Shown: one piece after another, positions 1 to 9,700 of the stretch | How the letters are laid out: every line of letters starts with the position of its first letter | Numbering within the stretch: the first letter of the stretch is position 1 | NCBI GenBank assembly: GCA_018650165.1 | Contig: JABIGM010000019.1 | Coordinates: 1-36,108, forward strand | Direction of reading: 5' to 3' | Source of the DNA: Methanobacteriota archaeon | GTDB taxonomy: Archaea; Thermoplasmatota; Poseidoniia; Poseidoniales; Poseidoniaceae | Length of the DNA: 36,108 nucleotides | Program-made: the position numbers and the translations under genes | The notes under the pieces: generated by a model | Told to the model about the DNA's origin: nothing | The model's input: the letters and a program-made list of their open reading frames with translations, nothing else | Databases searched by the model: none

Positions 1-76
1 AGAGATATTGCTCGTTAACCAGCGTCTTGCGAGCCATTGCAACAAATTGCCCAACCTCCACAGGTTCGCCCGCCAT
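1..76 (-). CDS. 5' end of a gene running off the window edge (MAGEPVEVGQFVAMARKTLVNEQYL...), product unknown
   Basis: ATG at 76-74 opens a frame with no stop to position 1; divergent from pus10. Too short to assign a family. Confidence 0.5.
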   Translation of the reverse strand, partial: MAGEPVEVGQFVAMARKTLVNEQYL

Positions 77-131
77 GTCACAATTTGAGCGCCCATGGTT
101 CTTGAATAATCGCTTTGGGTAAAGGAAGAGG

Positions 132-155
132 TTTTCAATAGATGGCCGGTCGCCA
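132..155 (+). promoter_or_regulatory. Putative pus10 promoter: AT-rich box plus GTCGCCA element
   Basis: TTTTCAAT (132-139), 9 nt, GTCGCCA (149-155); same spacing as at three other promoters in the window. The TATA-like box is weak. Confidence 0.45.
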
Positions 156-190
156 ACTTCGTTCCAGTCTGGGGTTGGCCCCTTCTTGGA

Positions 191-1894
191 ATGGTGATTA
201 TTGTGTCAGACAAGGATACTTCAGCAGATAAATCCGATGAAGATGACGAATGGATGTCATATGCGAATGCTGGTTTTGGTTCAACAGACTATTCACTTTG
301 GGACGAGACAGAATCTCAACCGGAAGTTAGTACAGACCCTGATTGGGAAAATAACGATTTACAACTTGATACTGGTGAAGAAGAGATTCCAGCCGCTCCA
401 CGCCCGGCAGGACTGAAGCACTTGGTAAGAATCGGTACTTGCAACCACTGTTTAGGGCGCGTAGGTGGAAAGAAAAGATTTGAGCAATCGAACTATGAGT
501 CTGGAGTTGAAATCAGAACTAATGTTGTAGAAGGCGACCAAACAATGGCGCAGGCTAGAGAAGCCGAACCGCTATGTCCGTTTTGTGAAAACCTATTCGA
601 TGAGGCACCACTTCTTGCTGAATTAATCAAAGAAACCGTGGGTGAAAGAGAATGCTCACGAATGCAATTGGGTACTAGAATACCCAAAGACCAAACCGAA
701 GCGGAAGACCATATTAGAAAGCGATTTGGAGCAGGCGGCTCTGCTGCACTGAAGGTAAGTCTAGTCGATGAGATTGCTCGACAATTGAAATCGATTGGTT
801 TCCAAATAAAGTTGGTAATCGACAAGCCAGAAATTTTGGCACTAATCGACGTACTGACTCTGACTGTAGAACTAGACATACGCTCCCACTATGTGTATGG
901 AAGATATCGTAAACTGGCACGGGGGATTCCACAAACAAAGTGGCCATGCCGTTCTTGTAAAGGAAGAGGTTGTGAGCGATGTGACCAAACTGGGATGCAG
1001 TATCAATCATCTGTTCAAGGTTTAATCGGCGACCCGTCATTGGGATTGTTTGGTAGTAAAGAACATGCATTCCATGGAATGGGCAGAGAAGATATCGATG
1101 TCAGATGCCTAGGTCGTGGCCGTCCATTCGTTATTGAGATGAAGCAACCAGTAAAGAGAGAAGTTGACTATGATGCATTGATGAAAACCATCAATGAAAC
1201 TGCATCAGGACAACTCGAGGTAAGTGATATGCGAGCCTCAAACCGTAGTGAAGTTGTACGCGTTAAGGATACTCCTGCCGAAAAGTCCTATACAATTCGT
1301 TACAAAATCGAACCGATAACTCAGAAGGAGTTAGACCAAATCACTCAGGTCATGGAAATTTCCAAGAATAATGCCGACAGAAATCGTCGTCGACGAGATC
1401 ATCACAGAGGTAAGAGGCGCGAACTCAAAACGGAACCCGAACCTGAAATCGATTATTCACAATTGAAAAAAGCAGAATTAACAGCGCTTTGTGAAGAACG
1501 TGGACTGGCTAAGAGTGGAACAAAAAATGTGCTAATTGATAGGCTAGCGAATTTCAAAGAGGAGACTTTGCCGTTACCATCACAAGATTATGTAATGGAA
1601 ATAATGGAAAAATTACAGGGATGCACCCTTGCTCAAAGAACACCAGAAAGGGTCGCTCATCGACGTGCAGACAAAATTCGGAAAAGAAAAGTGCTTGAAA
1701 CATCTAATCCTGCTATCGGATTAGATGATGATGGAAATATGTATGGAGAGTTTAGTCTAAGATGCGAATCAGGAACCTACGTCAAAGAAACAGTTCATGG
1801 TGATGGCGGGCGAACTCAACCCTCAATCGCCTCCCTTGTCAAGGCAAAATGTACAGTCGAATGGCTCGATGTCGCCGATATTCACGCGGATTAA
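191..1894 (+). CDS. pus10: tRNA pseudouridine(54/55) synthase Pus10 with acidic N-terminal extension and internal SAP-like insertion
   Basis: Catalytic motif HGMGREDIDVR, YVYGRYRKLARGIPQTKW, QRTPERVAHRRAD, CESGTYVKE; N-terminal CxxC pairs; sits in the conserved archaeal pus10-rpl21e-rpo4-DUF655-ksgA cluster. True start may be GTG at 203 (GGTGA just upstream). Confidence 0.93.
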   Translation: MVIIVSDKDTSADKSDEDDEWMSYANAGFGSTDYSLWDETESQPEVSTDPDWENNDLQLDTGEEEIPAAPRPAGLKHLVRIGTCNHCLGRVGGKKRFEQSNYESGVEIRTNVVEGDQTMAQAREAEPLCPFCENLFDEAPLLAELIKETVGERECSRMQLGTRIPKDQTEAEDHIRKRFGAGGSAALKVSLVDEIARQLKSIGFQIKLVIDKPEILALIDVLTLTVELDIRSHYVYGRYRKLARGIPQTKWPCRSCKGRGCERCDQTGMQYQSSVQGLIGDPSLGLFGSKEHAFHGMGREDIDVRCLGRGRPFVIEMKQPVKREVDYDALMKTINETASGQLEVSDMRASNRSEVVRVKDTPAEKSYTIRYKIEPITQKELDQITQVMEISKNNADRNRRRRDHHRGKRRELKTEPEPEIDYSQLKKAELTALCEERGLAKSGTKNVLIDRLANFKEETLPLPSQDYVMEIMEKLQGCTLAQRTPERVAHRRADKIRKRKVLETSNPAIGLDDDGNMYGEFSLRCESGTYVKETVHGDGGRTQPSIASLVKAKCTVEWLDVADIHAD

Positions 1895-1908
1895 GGCTAT
1901 CGCGGTGC

Positions 1909-1932
1909 TTATATGGCCCGGGTAGGTCGGCA
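1909..1932 (+). promoter_or_regulatory. Putative rpl21e promoter: TATA box plus GTCGGCA element
   Basis: TTATATGG (1909-1916), 9 nt, GTCGGCA (1926-1932); preceded by GC-rich CGCGG. Confidence 0.6.
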
Positions 1933-1980
1933 GGTTGCTTCCAACTGTCTTAGGACACGCGAAGCAGGGGTACGATTAAC

Positions 1981-2271
1981 ATGCAGAAATCCAAGGGCCA
2001 GCGCCAAGGCACCAGATCAATTCTACGTAAAGGACGTCACGACAAGGGACGAGTCGTCATTTCACGCATCATGCACGAGTACCAAGAAGGTGACCGCGTT
2101 GCTATCGTTTTAGACGGTGGACAACAGATGGGAATGCCTCACCGCAGATTCCAAGGGCGAACTGGATTTATCCAGAAGCGCCAAGGTAAGGCATGGGTTG
2201 TCGCTGTCAAAGACGGCAACATGCAAAAGACTGTGGTTTCACGACCAGAGCACCTACGTCCATTGGAGTGA
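1981..2271 (+). CDS. rpl21e: 50S ribosomal protein L21e
   Basis: MQKSKGQRQGTR..., GMPHRRFQGRTG, C-terminal PEHLRP typical of eL21; conserved context. Confidence 0.96.
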   Translation: MQKSKGQRQGTRSILRKGRHDKGRVVISRIMHEYQEGDRVAIVLDGGQQMGMPHRRFQGRTGFIQKRQGKAWVVAVKDGNMQKTVVSRPEHLRPLE

Positions 2272-2276
2272 TATTA

Positions 2277-2639
2277 ATGACTGACAAAGGAACTTTCACA
2301 GATTTTCAATCAGTGCGTGAAATGCTTGAAGATGCTCAAAAGCGTCGTGGCTTTTTGACATATGAACAGAAAGCTGCTCTGCAGCATGCTGAATGGGCCG
2401 CTAGCGATAATCGAAACGGTTACAAGACTGAACCAAAAGTTTTCACGGATATGTTCACTGCAATCATGGAAATTGAAATCTTCCAGAAATACCCGGAACT
2501 AGCAGCGAAGTTGGCAGAACTTATGCCAATGCATTCTGACGATGTACGTGCGGTTATTGCTAGCCGCCGTATCTCGATAGAAGCTAGCGATGTCGAAGCA
2601 GTTCTAGACATCGTACGCCAAAATGTTGGCGTTAAATGA
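2277..2639 (+). CDS. rpo4: DNA-directed RNA polymerase subunit F (Rpo4)
   Basis: LTYEQKAALQHAE, KLAELMP...DDVRAV, HRDC-like C-terminus; directly after rpl21e. ATG 2277 preferred over the track start 2193, which lies inside rpl21e. Confidence 0.88.
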   Translation: MTDKGTFTDFQSVREMLEDAQKRRGFLTYEQKAALQHAEWAASDNRNGYKTEPKVFTDMFTAIMEIEIFQKYPELAAKLAELMPMHSDDVRAVIASRRISIEASDVEAVLDIVRQNVGVK

Positions 2640-2661
2640 AACCGACGGCCGGTGAGCAAAT

Positions 2662-3264
2662 ATGCGTAATGAGCGTCATAGTGGGCAACGTAGAAGCAGT
2701 TCTCGTACCGAAAAACCAGACCCTTTGATGAAAGTAGAATGGTGCCGAGTTATTGAACACCCCGAATCAGGTGGGGTTCTAGTGGTCATCACAGAACCAA
2801 ATTTACACGTGATTAGACTTCGTCCTAAATCCGGTTCTGGTTTGCAGATGGTAGGAGCTCGCCTATACATGGGAATAGACCATTCCAAGAGAGATGTAGT
2901 GCAAGATATTCTCGGTTTTGCACGTATCCGCGACCTTTCTAATTCAGCATCAATTGAACTTCCAGTTGTTATCCAGCAAGTTATAGAAGACTCCCCGGAG
3001 ATATTCATTCAACAATTCTTTAATCGTGCAGGAAACCTTTCTTTGAAGATGCACGCATTCGAATTATTGGCTGGCGTAGGAAACAAGAAAGCGATGGATA
3101 TGGTCACAAGGCGTGGCCGTGCAGGATGGGAAAATTTTGCGCAATTGGATGAAGACTGTGGCATTAATTCTGCAGAACTTCTTGCTAAGAGGTTTGTTTC
3201 AGAAATCGAGGATCGTAGCCTAGAGCCTCGATTAATCGATTTACTATTGCGTCAGGATGAGTGA
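2662..3264 (+). CDS. DUF655 family putative nucleic-acid-binding protein
   Basis: FFNRAGNLSLKMHAFELLAGVGNKK matches the DUF655 pattern (FFN.AGPI....H.LELLPGIGKK); position between rpo4 and ksgA is typical. Confidence 0.85.
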   Translation: MRNERHSGQRRSSSRTEKPDPLMKVEWCRVIEHPESGGVLVVITEPNLHVIRLRPKSGSGLQMVGARLYMGIDHSKRDVVQDILGFARIRDLSNSASIELPVVIQQVIEDSPEIFIQQFFNRAGNLSLKMHAFELLAGVGNKKAMDMVTRRGRAGWENFAQLDEDCGINSAELLAKRFVSEIEDRSLEPRLIDLLLRQDE

Positions 3265-4103
3265 TTACCATGGGCCACGGAGCCCGTGTTTTGATTGAAC
3301 GACTGCGAATGCGTCAGGACAATATCAAATCTTTAGGTCAACACTTTCTGAATAATGAGGAAGTATTGGACGAAACAATTTCTCTTGCAGAAATAAGTCC
3401 AGATGACCATATAATAGAAATTGGCCCAGGGCCCGGCGTCTTGACAGAGAGGCTACTGGAGACCAATTGTTCACTTACTGCAATTGAACTCGATGATGGA
3501 GCATGCGAATTCCTTAGAGATAATTTCCCAGGTCTTAATCTCATTGAAGGCGATGCACTCAAAGTCAAATGGCCTAATGCAAACAAGGTAGTTGCAAATA
3601 TTCCTTACCAAATATCATCGCCATTAATCGACATCCTCACACGCAATAATTCCATCAAGGAAGTGGTACTATTGCTGCAGGAAGAATTTGCAGAACGGCT
3701 AGTTGTGGAATGGGAAAGTGATAGAGGCAGTCTTGGCATGTGTACTATGCTGGATTGGGAATGTACATTTGAAATGCGGGTCGGACCTCATTGTTTCACT
3801 CCATCACCCCAAGTTCATTCACGTCTAGTAACGATGTCTAGAATTGATTCTCCTGAGAATTCTAAACTTGCAAAATTATTGATTCGGCAAGCATTTTCTC
3901 AAAGACGCAAAAAAATCAGAAATACTCTTTCAAAGGCTCCAAAACGAATCGCTCGCATAAGAGGATGGCATGCAAAAGTGTATGTTGAGGCCATGCAGTC
4001 TATCGATTGTGAGTTTATTGATGAAAGGCCTGAAGATTTAGAAATCGAGGATTGGCTAGAATTAGCGCGGCTTCTCGAAGATGCTCGGGCGGCGATGGGT
4101 TGA
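3261..4103 (+). CDS. rsmA: 16S rRNA adenine dimethyltransferase RsmA/KsgA/Dim1
   Basis: LGQHFL, IEIGPGPGVLT (SAM binding), IELD, GDAL, VVANIPYQISSP, F..RRKKIRN; GTGA overlap with the upstream stop. Confidence 0.95.
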   Translation: MITMGHGARVLIERLRMRQDNIKSLGQHFLNNEEVLDETISLAEISPDDHIIEIGPGPGVLTERLLETNCSLTAIELDDGACEFLRDNFPGLNLIEGDALKVKWPNANKVVANIPYQISSPLIDILTRNNSIKEVVLLLQEEFAERLVVEWESDRGSLGMCTMLDWECTFEMRVGPHCFTPSPQVHSRLVTMSRIDSPENSKLAKLLIRQAFSQRRKKIRNTLSKAPKRIARIRGWHAKVYVEAMQSIDCEFIDERPEDLEIEDWLELARLLEDARAAMG

Positions 4104-4146
4104 CATCTAACCGCCGGCTCGGCCTGTCTCGTCGGGGGGGGTACAC

Positions 4147-5235
4147 ATGGCAAAGAAGGACACATATCTGGCTCTATTACGTCGAGGAATTGACGAGACT
4201 ACAGCAATGCAATTGGCAGATGCTGGAATTAAGATTGGAGATCTCAAGAAAATTGATAAATCTCAATTGGTAGAAAATTATGGATTAAAACCCGACATTG
4301 CAGATGGTGTACTCGAAATCATCACTGCAGGTCCTCAATCTCATGGAAAGGAAAGGTTCCTTTCCAAGGTTCTAGCGCCGGAGCGCAAACCTGAAAATAA
4401 GATTGAAGAATTAAAATTCAAGCGTAAACAAAAGGACGTTTTGTCTGAATTAGCAGAACAAAAAGAACGCCTGAAGCTTGCTAAGGTAGAAGCATTCCGT
4501 GCTCAAAAGTTAGTAATGAACCGTCTTGGAAAGACAGTTGAGTTGATTGTTAAGTTAGAAAACAATCTTGATGATGAAGGTAAAGATGACCAGAAAGTCA
4601 AGATTCGTGACCAACTTGAGACCCGCGGTCTTGAAGCAGCACGTGATCATGAAATGCTCGAACTAGAAGGAACACCTCAAGATATTGTTGATTTCCGAAG
4701 AAAGATAGTTCCTGAACTAATACTTCATGCATGTCCAAATTGTAACGAAGAAATGGACCCCCGTACAAGCAGGAATCCAGATGATTCGAAAAATTGGTCA
4801 TTCATTTGCTGGGAATGTGAGACTCCATTTAATGCAGGATTATCATTGACAGTAGACACGATAATGGAAAATGGCGGAAGAATCGAAATCGACCCCGATG
4901 CACGCCCTCGTAATCCAGTACCTCCAAAGCCAGCCTCTCAGGACTTTACCACAATCAATGAATTGGTTAAGGCTGAATTAGTACAAACCGGTGTCGATGC
5001 AGATTCAATGACACAAGCAGCTGAGCAATCAGTCTTGACAAGTGGATTGATGAGTATCAATGACTGGATTGACCAGACTCTCGCTGCTAAGGGCTACATT
5101 CAGGCACAAGAAGACCGAGAAGATTTCATTCTTAGAACCGGTGCTGGAGCAACTAAGTTCAACAAGTGGATGAAGAAAGCAGGACTTTACTTCAACAAGC
5201 AAACTGGACGTTGGTCACGCTGGGAAGATCGTTGA
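4147..5235 (+). CDS. Hypothetical protein: HhH-like N-terminus, coiled coil, CxxC...CxxC zinc ribbon
   Basis: 362-aa ORF in operon-like context; CPNC and CWEC pairs about 25 aa apart; charged helical middle. Confidence 0.8.
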   Translation: MAKKDTYLALLRRGIDETTAMQLADAGIKIGDLKKIDKSQLVENYGLKPDIADGVLEIITAGPQSHGKERFLSKVLAPERKPENKIEELKFKRKQKDVLSELAEQKERLKLAKVEAFRAQKLVMNRLGKTVELIVKLENNLDDEGKDDQKVKIRDQLETRGLEAARDHEMLELEGTPQDIVDFRRKIVPELILHACPNCNEEMDPRTSRNPDDSKNWSFICWECETPFNAGLSLTVDTIMENGGRIEIDPDARPRNPVPPKPASQDFTTINELVKAELVQTGVDADSMTQAAEQSVLTSGLMSINDWIDQTLAAKGYIQAQEDREDFILRTGAGATKFNKWMKKAGLYFNKQTGRWSRWEDR

Positions 5236-5244
5236 GGTGCTCAA

Positions 5245-5532
5245 ATGGGCCTCATCCGTTTCCTACGTGGTGCTAAATTACTAGGGCAAACAAATGAGAT
5301 ACCCGGCAAGTCTCTTGTAGAGCATGCGCATGCTGCTAATGTGGACATTCCTACTAATTGCACCAGTGGTAATTGTGGCTCTTGTATGGTTACTCTTTTG
5401 TCAGGAGACGTTAGTCTACCAGACCCCCTAACTCCAGGCCTTGATGAGGAAATTGTTTCCGAAGGTGCGAGACTGGGATGTATAGGAGTCCCATCAGGCG
5501 ATGTCGAAATCGATATTTTGCCACCAATTTGA
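5245..5532 (+). CDS. 2Fe-2S ferredoxin-like protein
   Basis: CTSGNCGSC (C-x4-C-x2-C) plus distal RLGC; GAGGTG SD upstream. Confidence 0.9.
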   Translation: MGLIRFLRGAKLLGQTNEIPGKSLVEHAHAANVDIPTNCTSGNCGSCMVTLLSGDVSLPDPLTPGLDEEIVSEGARLGCIGVPSGDVEIDILPPI

Positions 5533-5541
5533 GGTGAATAA

Positions 5542-5700
5542 ATGGATATTCCACCATGGGTTTGGATTTTAAATATCGTAGGAGTAATTGCCGCAGTATG
5601 GTTTTTATCATGGCGTTTGAAATCTAAATTGGCTGAAGTTGAACAACGTCATGTAATGAGTGGAATAAGACATAGAAAACGCTTGGAAGAGTCTGAATGA
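5542..5700 (+). CDS. Small single-pass membrane protein, 52 aa (below the ORF-track cutoff)
   Basis: MDIPPWVWILNIVGVIAAVWFLSWRLKSKLAEVEQRHVMSGIRHRKRLEESE*; GAGGTGA SD at 5531-5537; fills the gap between ferredoxin and corA. Confidence 0.75.
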   Translation: MDIPPWVWILNIVGVIAAVWFLSWRLKSKLAEVEQRHVMSGIRHRKRLEESE

Positions 5701-5740
5701 AGCCCCAAAACGCATATGAGTGAAATGGCGAGGCCCAAAC

Positions 5741-6727
5741 ATGGCCGAACTCCGTTTACAAACCACCGGCGCAGGCGTTGTTGCCTCGTCAGAGTTCACT
5801 TTAGATGGGCTGGAAGAGGCTATCAAGGGAAAGGGAACCGCTTGGCTTGACATTCTCAAACCCGATGATGAAGTCAAAGAATGGCTACAGAATATTGGAA
5901 TTGATGAACTAGCGATTGAGGACATTTACGGGCATGCTAGCGACACCGTTCAAAGATTCCACGGCCACCGATTTATCGTGGTACGCGCCCGTGATGCAGA
6001 CAATCGCTTAGATACAGAGCCAGTGGCAATCATTCTTCGTGGTGATATGATGATCACAGTTAGAGGAACTAGAATTCCTGCCCTTGATGTATTGGGCCGC
6101 CGTCTAAAGACTGCTGATGATGATGAAGTTGCAATCGGTGTAGATTTTCTGCTTTACGAATTACTCGACTCAATTGCAGACGATTGGACACCTATCTTGT
6201 CTGAATATTCTAATAAGTTGGACGACTTAGAATATCAGGTATTTGACCCATCGAAATCATATGAAGGACTGCTAGAGGGCCTTCACGATTTGAAGAGACT
6301 CTTGCGTGAAGCGAGCAAATCTATCGAATCCTTACAAGCAGCATGTTTGAGATTGCTAAAACCTGGGGAGAGATTGATTAACGAATCATCCTTGGCGTTC
6401 TTTACAGATTTACAACAACTATCCAACACTCTGGTAAAGCGATGTTCAGCATATTCGGCAGGTGCTACCAGCACAAGAGACACTTACCTTTCCCATGTAA
6501 GTATGAACTTAGCACTCTCGAATGCAAAGTTGACAGAAGTGATGACAACACTCACAATCATTGGTGCAATCATGTTGCCCCTAACCTTGATTGCTGGAAT
6601 ATTTGGAATGAATACCAAGTTACCAGCTCAGTTAGATGAACTTGGTGGGTTTTGGACAATCATGGCGGGGATGTCTCTCTTCAGCATAATGATGCTAAGT
6701 TGGTTCTATCGCAAAAAATGGATATGA
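5741..6727 (+). CDS. corA: CorA family Mg2+/Co2+ transporter
   Basis: Two C-terminal TM helices with the signature GMN (GIFGMN); cytoplasmic WLDIL...P and DFLLYELLD motifs. Start could be GTG 5720 or ATG 5741. Confidence 0.92.
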   Translation: MAELRLQTTGAGVVASSEFTLDGLEEAIKGKGTAWLDILKPDDEVKEWLQNIGIDELAIEDIYGHASDTVQRFHGHRFIVVRARDADNRLDTEPVAIILRGDMMITVRGTRIPALDVLGRRLKTADDDEVAIGVDFLLYELLDSIADDWTPILSEYSNKLDDLEYQVFDPSKSYEGLLEGLHDLKRLLREASKSIESLQAACLRLLKPGERLINESSLAFFTDLQQLSNTLVKRCSAYSAGATSTRDTYLSHVSMNLALSNAKLTEVMTTLTIIGAIMLPLTLIAGIFGMNTKLPAQLDELGGFWTIMAGMSLFSIMMLSWFYRKKWI

Positions 6728-9700
6728 TTACTCTTCTTGAGTTGATTTTGTTTTAGGTTCAATTATCCCTAATGCTGCAGTGGTTAGTACCATTGATGCG
6801 ATTAGCGACAAGACAATCATCATTGCAGAGAATAATCCAAAGGTATTGAATAATCCCATTGATGAAGTAGCGATAATTGAAAATCCAGCGACATCCGAAA
6901 TCGCTGAACCAACTAAAGCAAGAGCACATGCGCCACCAACTCCATGTAAGGCTTGGCGATGATTGCCACCCTTTTCTCTACCTTCGCGATATCGTTCGGT
7001 AACATGTATACAATAATCGATACCTACGCCAAGAGATATCGTGGCAATAGTTACAGTTACAATATTTAGAGAATAACCAAATGCATAAATCAATCCATAG
7101 AGCCAAACAACAACCAATAGAATCGGTGTTAGGGACACAATTGCTTGCTTAACAGAGCGGAAACCAATAGAGAGTGTGATTAGAACAAACAACGAACCAA
7201 GCAATAGAGATGATTGCATTTCAGATTGCATTTTATCACTCGCAACGAATCTTGTAATCGGTTTACCAGTAAGCATTACCCATGTCAAAGGCTTATCATC
7301 TTCCGATGCCCCCTCTTCTTCCCAAGTACCCGATGAGAGATTTAGAAGAGGCCCTAAATCACTCTTGATTTTATCTATACCAGGACCCATTGATGGAAAA
7401 TCATCGGGAGAGGTTATTCCAAATCTAATCAGCATCATATCATAAGAAATATTCTTCCCACTTTCAGATAGCCATACTCGCTCAGGATCTGGAGTTTCAC
7501 TTGGTGCAATATACAAATCAATTAGAGATGAAGGTATTTCAGTGCCTGGAACTCCATCTAGTGTCAAAACCCCATAGAAGAATACAATACAATCTCTATC
7601 ATCTAAGTTTGGAGCATTTAGGATACCGATTTGTTCACAACCGGATTCATTGAAACCATGCCCCCAAAAAGGCTCAGGATTGCTCACCATCGACGCCGAT
7701 GCATAAATTACAAATTCATCAATGGCAAGAATATCGACCTTTCCATCAGGCTGTCTGGTCATTTTATCTATACCGCCGTCTAATCCTTTGTCTGCATTTT
7801 GCCTAAAGTCATCAATTGCTCTAAATACCTCAGGGTCGGCAACATCTCCCTCAATCAAGAGCATAGCAGGCTCTCCTTCATCGGAGAACCGTTCATTGAC
7901 CATATCGACTCCAAAGGCAAAATCTGAATCTTCATCAAGGAAATCATCAACGGAAAATTCCCCTTCTAAATTCACCATGCCCCAGGCGGCAGGAATTGTC
8001 AACAGAAGGCAGATTCCTGCAATAATTATTGGTCGAGATCCTGTGCCTGATTTTATTGCAATCTTTTGTAACATGTCGGTTCGAATGATATTACGTTTGA
8101 TTTTAGGAGAAGAATTCTTTCCTCTCTTTTCCAGCCATTCATCAAATGAGATACGAAGCAATGGCGCCCATATACCGGTCAATAAGAACGCTGCTAATAT
8201 TCCAAGACCAGCCTCAAGTCCGAACGACCTCAAAGCTGCAACATCACTGAAAAGATTAGCGCCAAATGCCGCCATAGTAGTAAGGCTAGTCAATATGATT
8301 GCCCGCCCAACTCTGTTGACAGTTATGCGGCCTGCACTTTGCGGAGAATTTCCTAAATTACGTTCTTCTTTGTAACGATGTAAAGCATGTAATGAATCAT
8401 CAATTCCAAGTGCTAGTACAAGAATTGGCAAAAGATTAGAGAACTGAGAACGAGAGATTAAGTCAATCCCTAACCAGCCTAAAAGAGAGGCAGAATGGCC
8501 GATTAGTCCCTGCATCCACAATAGTGCACCACCAAGTGATAAAGACACAATTGCAACATCCGACCATCGTCTTAGTGATGCATATAATAGAAAAATAATT
8601 GCAATACCCATACCGAAAATCAAGCCTCCAGAATTTTGTAATTCACGATTGACTTCTACATTTACTGCTTGTCCAACAACTAGAGTTAACGAATTATTAT
8701 CATGGCTGCGCAGGCTTCCTTCAAGATGCATTACAGACCATTCCAATGAACACATATTGTCAAGACCCAAGCAATATTCCGAGGTATATTCGGGAGGTTG
8801 TAGGACTAATTCCATACCATCTAAGCGGTAACCTCCAATCACCAAACCATCATCTGTGAATGAGATTTCTTTTTCAGGGTGAGCATCTTTCCAAATAGTG
8901 GTCCAACCAACCTCTTCCAAAGCAGCCCGATCTAGTTGAACCAATAGCCATGAAGCCGATGCAGACCAACGACCAGGTCCCGGTTCAGCATTCCTCCAAG
9001 TACCATCTTCATTCAGAGCACCACCGATTGGCCCTCCTACAATACCGGTATTTTCCGATGCTTTGACAAATCCTCTATCCAATGACAGCCATCTCAAGAA
9101 AGCAGAACCATTTGCTGCCGCCATTCTACTTGCCGCCAAATCAATATGTGCTTGAGTCAAATCTTCATCTTCAAATGTAAGGCATTCGAGTATACCACAA
9201 TCATCCCAATTTGTTTGGGCTGGCTCTAGTCCTGCTAAGGTCATCGTGGGATGTGTTAGAATCGATTCATTGGCCATAAAGCCACGGAAAATATCTGCAA
9301 GACTCATAACACCTGAAGTTTGTAAACCGGTTACATCATTGATGAACGGTTTGGTATAGTTACCAAGGGCATGGTCGTGAACTATCTGATGCTTTGATTG
9401 AATTTCTCGTAAAATAGTAAGATTCAGAATGCCGCCATCGGTATCTGTAATTCCAACCCATTCTTCTCCTGCATCAATTGCTTCATCAGCAGGGGGGAGG
9501 CTAGACCAATCTGGTGTTCCATCTTCGAGTAGTGGTACTGGGACTGGCGTGGAACCAACTGCTGCAGGGTCTCGTACGCTTACAACAAATCCAAGGATGA
9601 TTTCAGTGGTAGCAAATTCATCATTGATTTTACGCTCTGCGGTAAGTTCTGGCGATTCCATATCATACGATTCCATATCGATTGGTTCTAGTGCCTTTAG

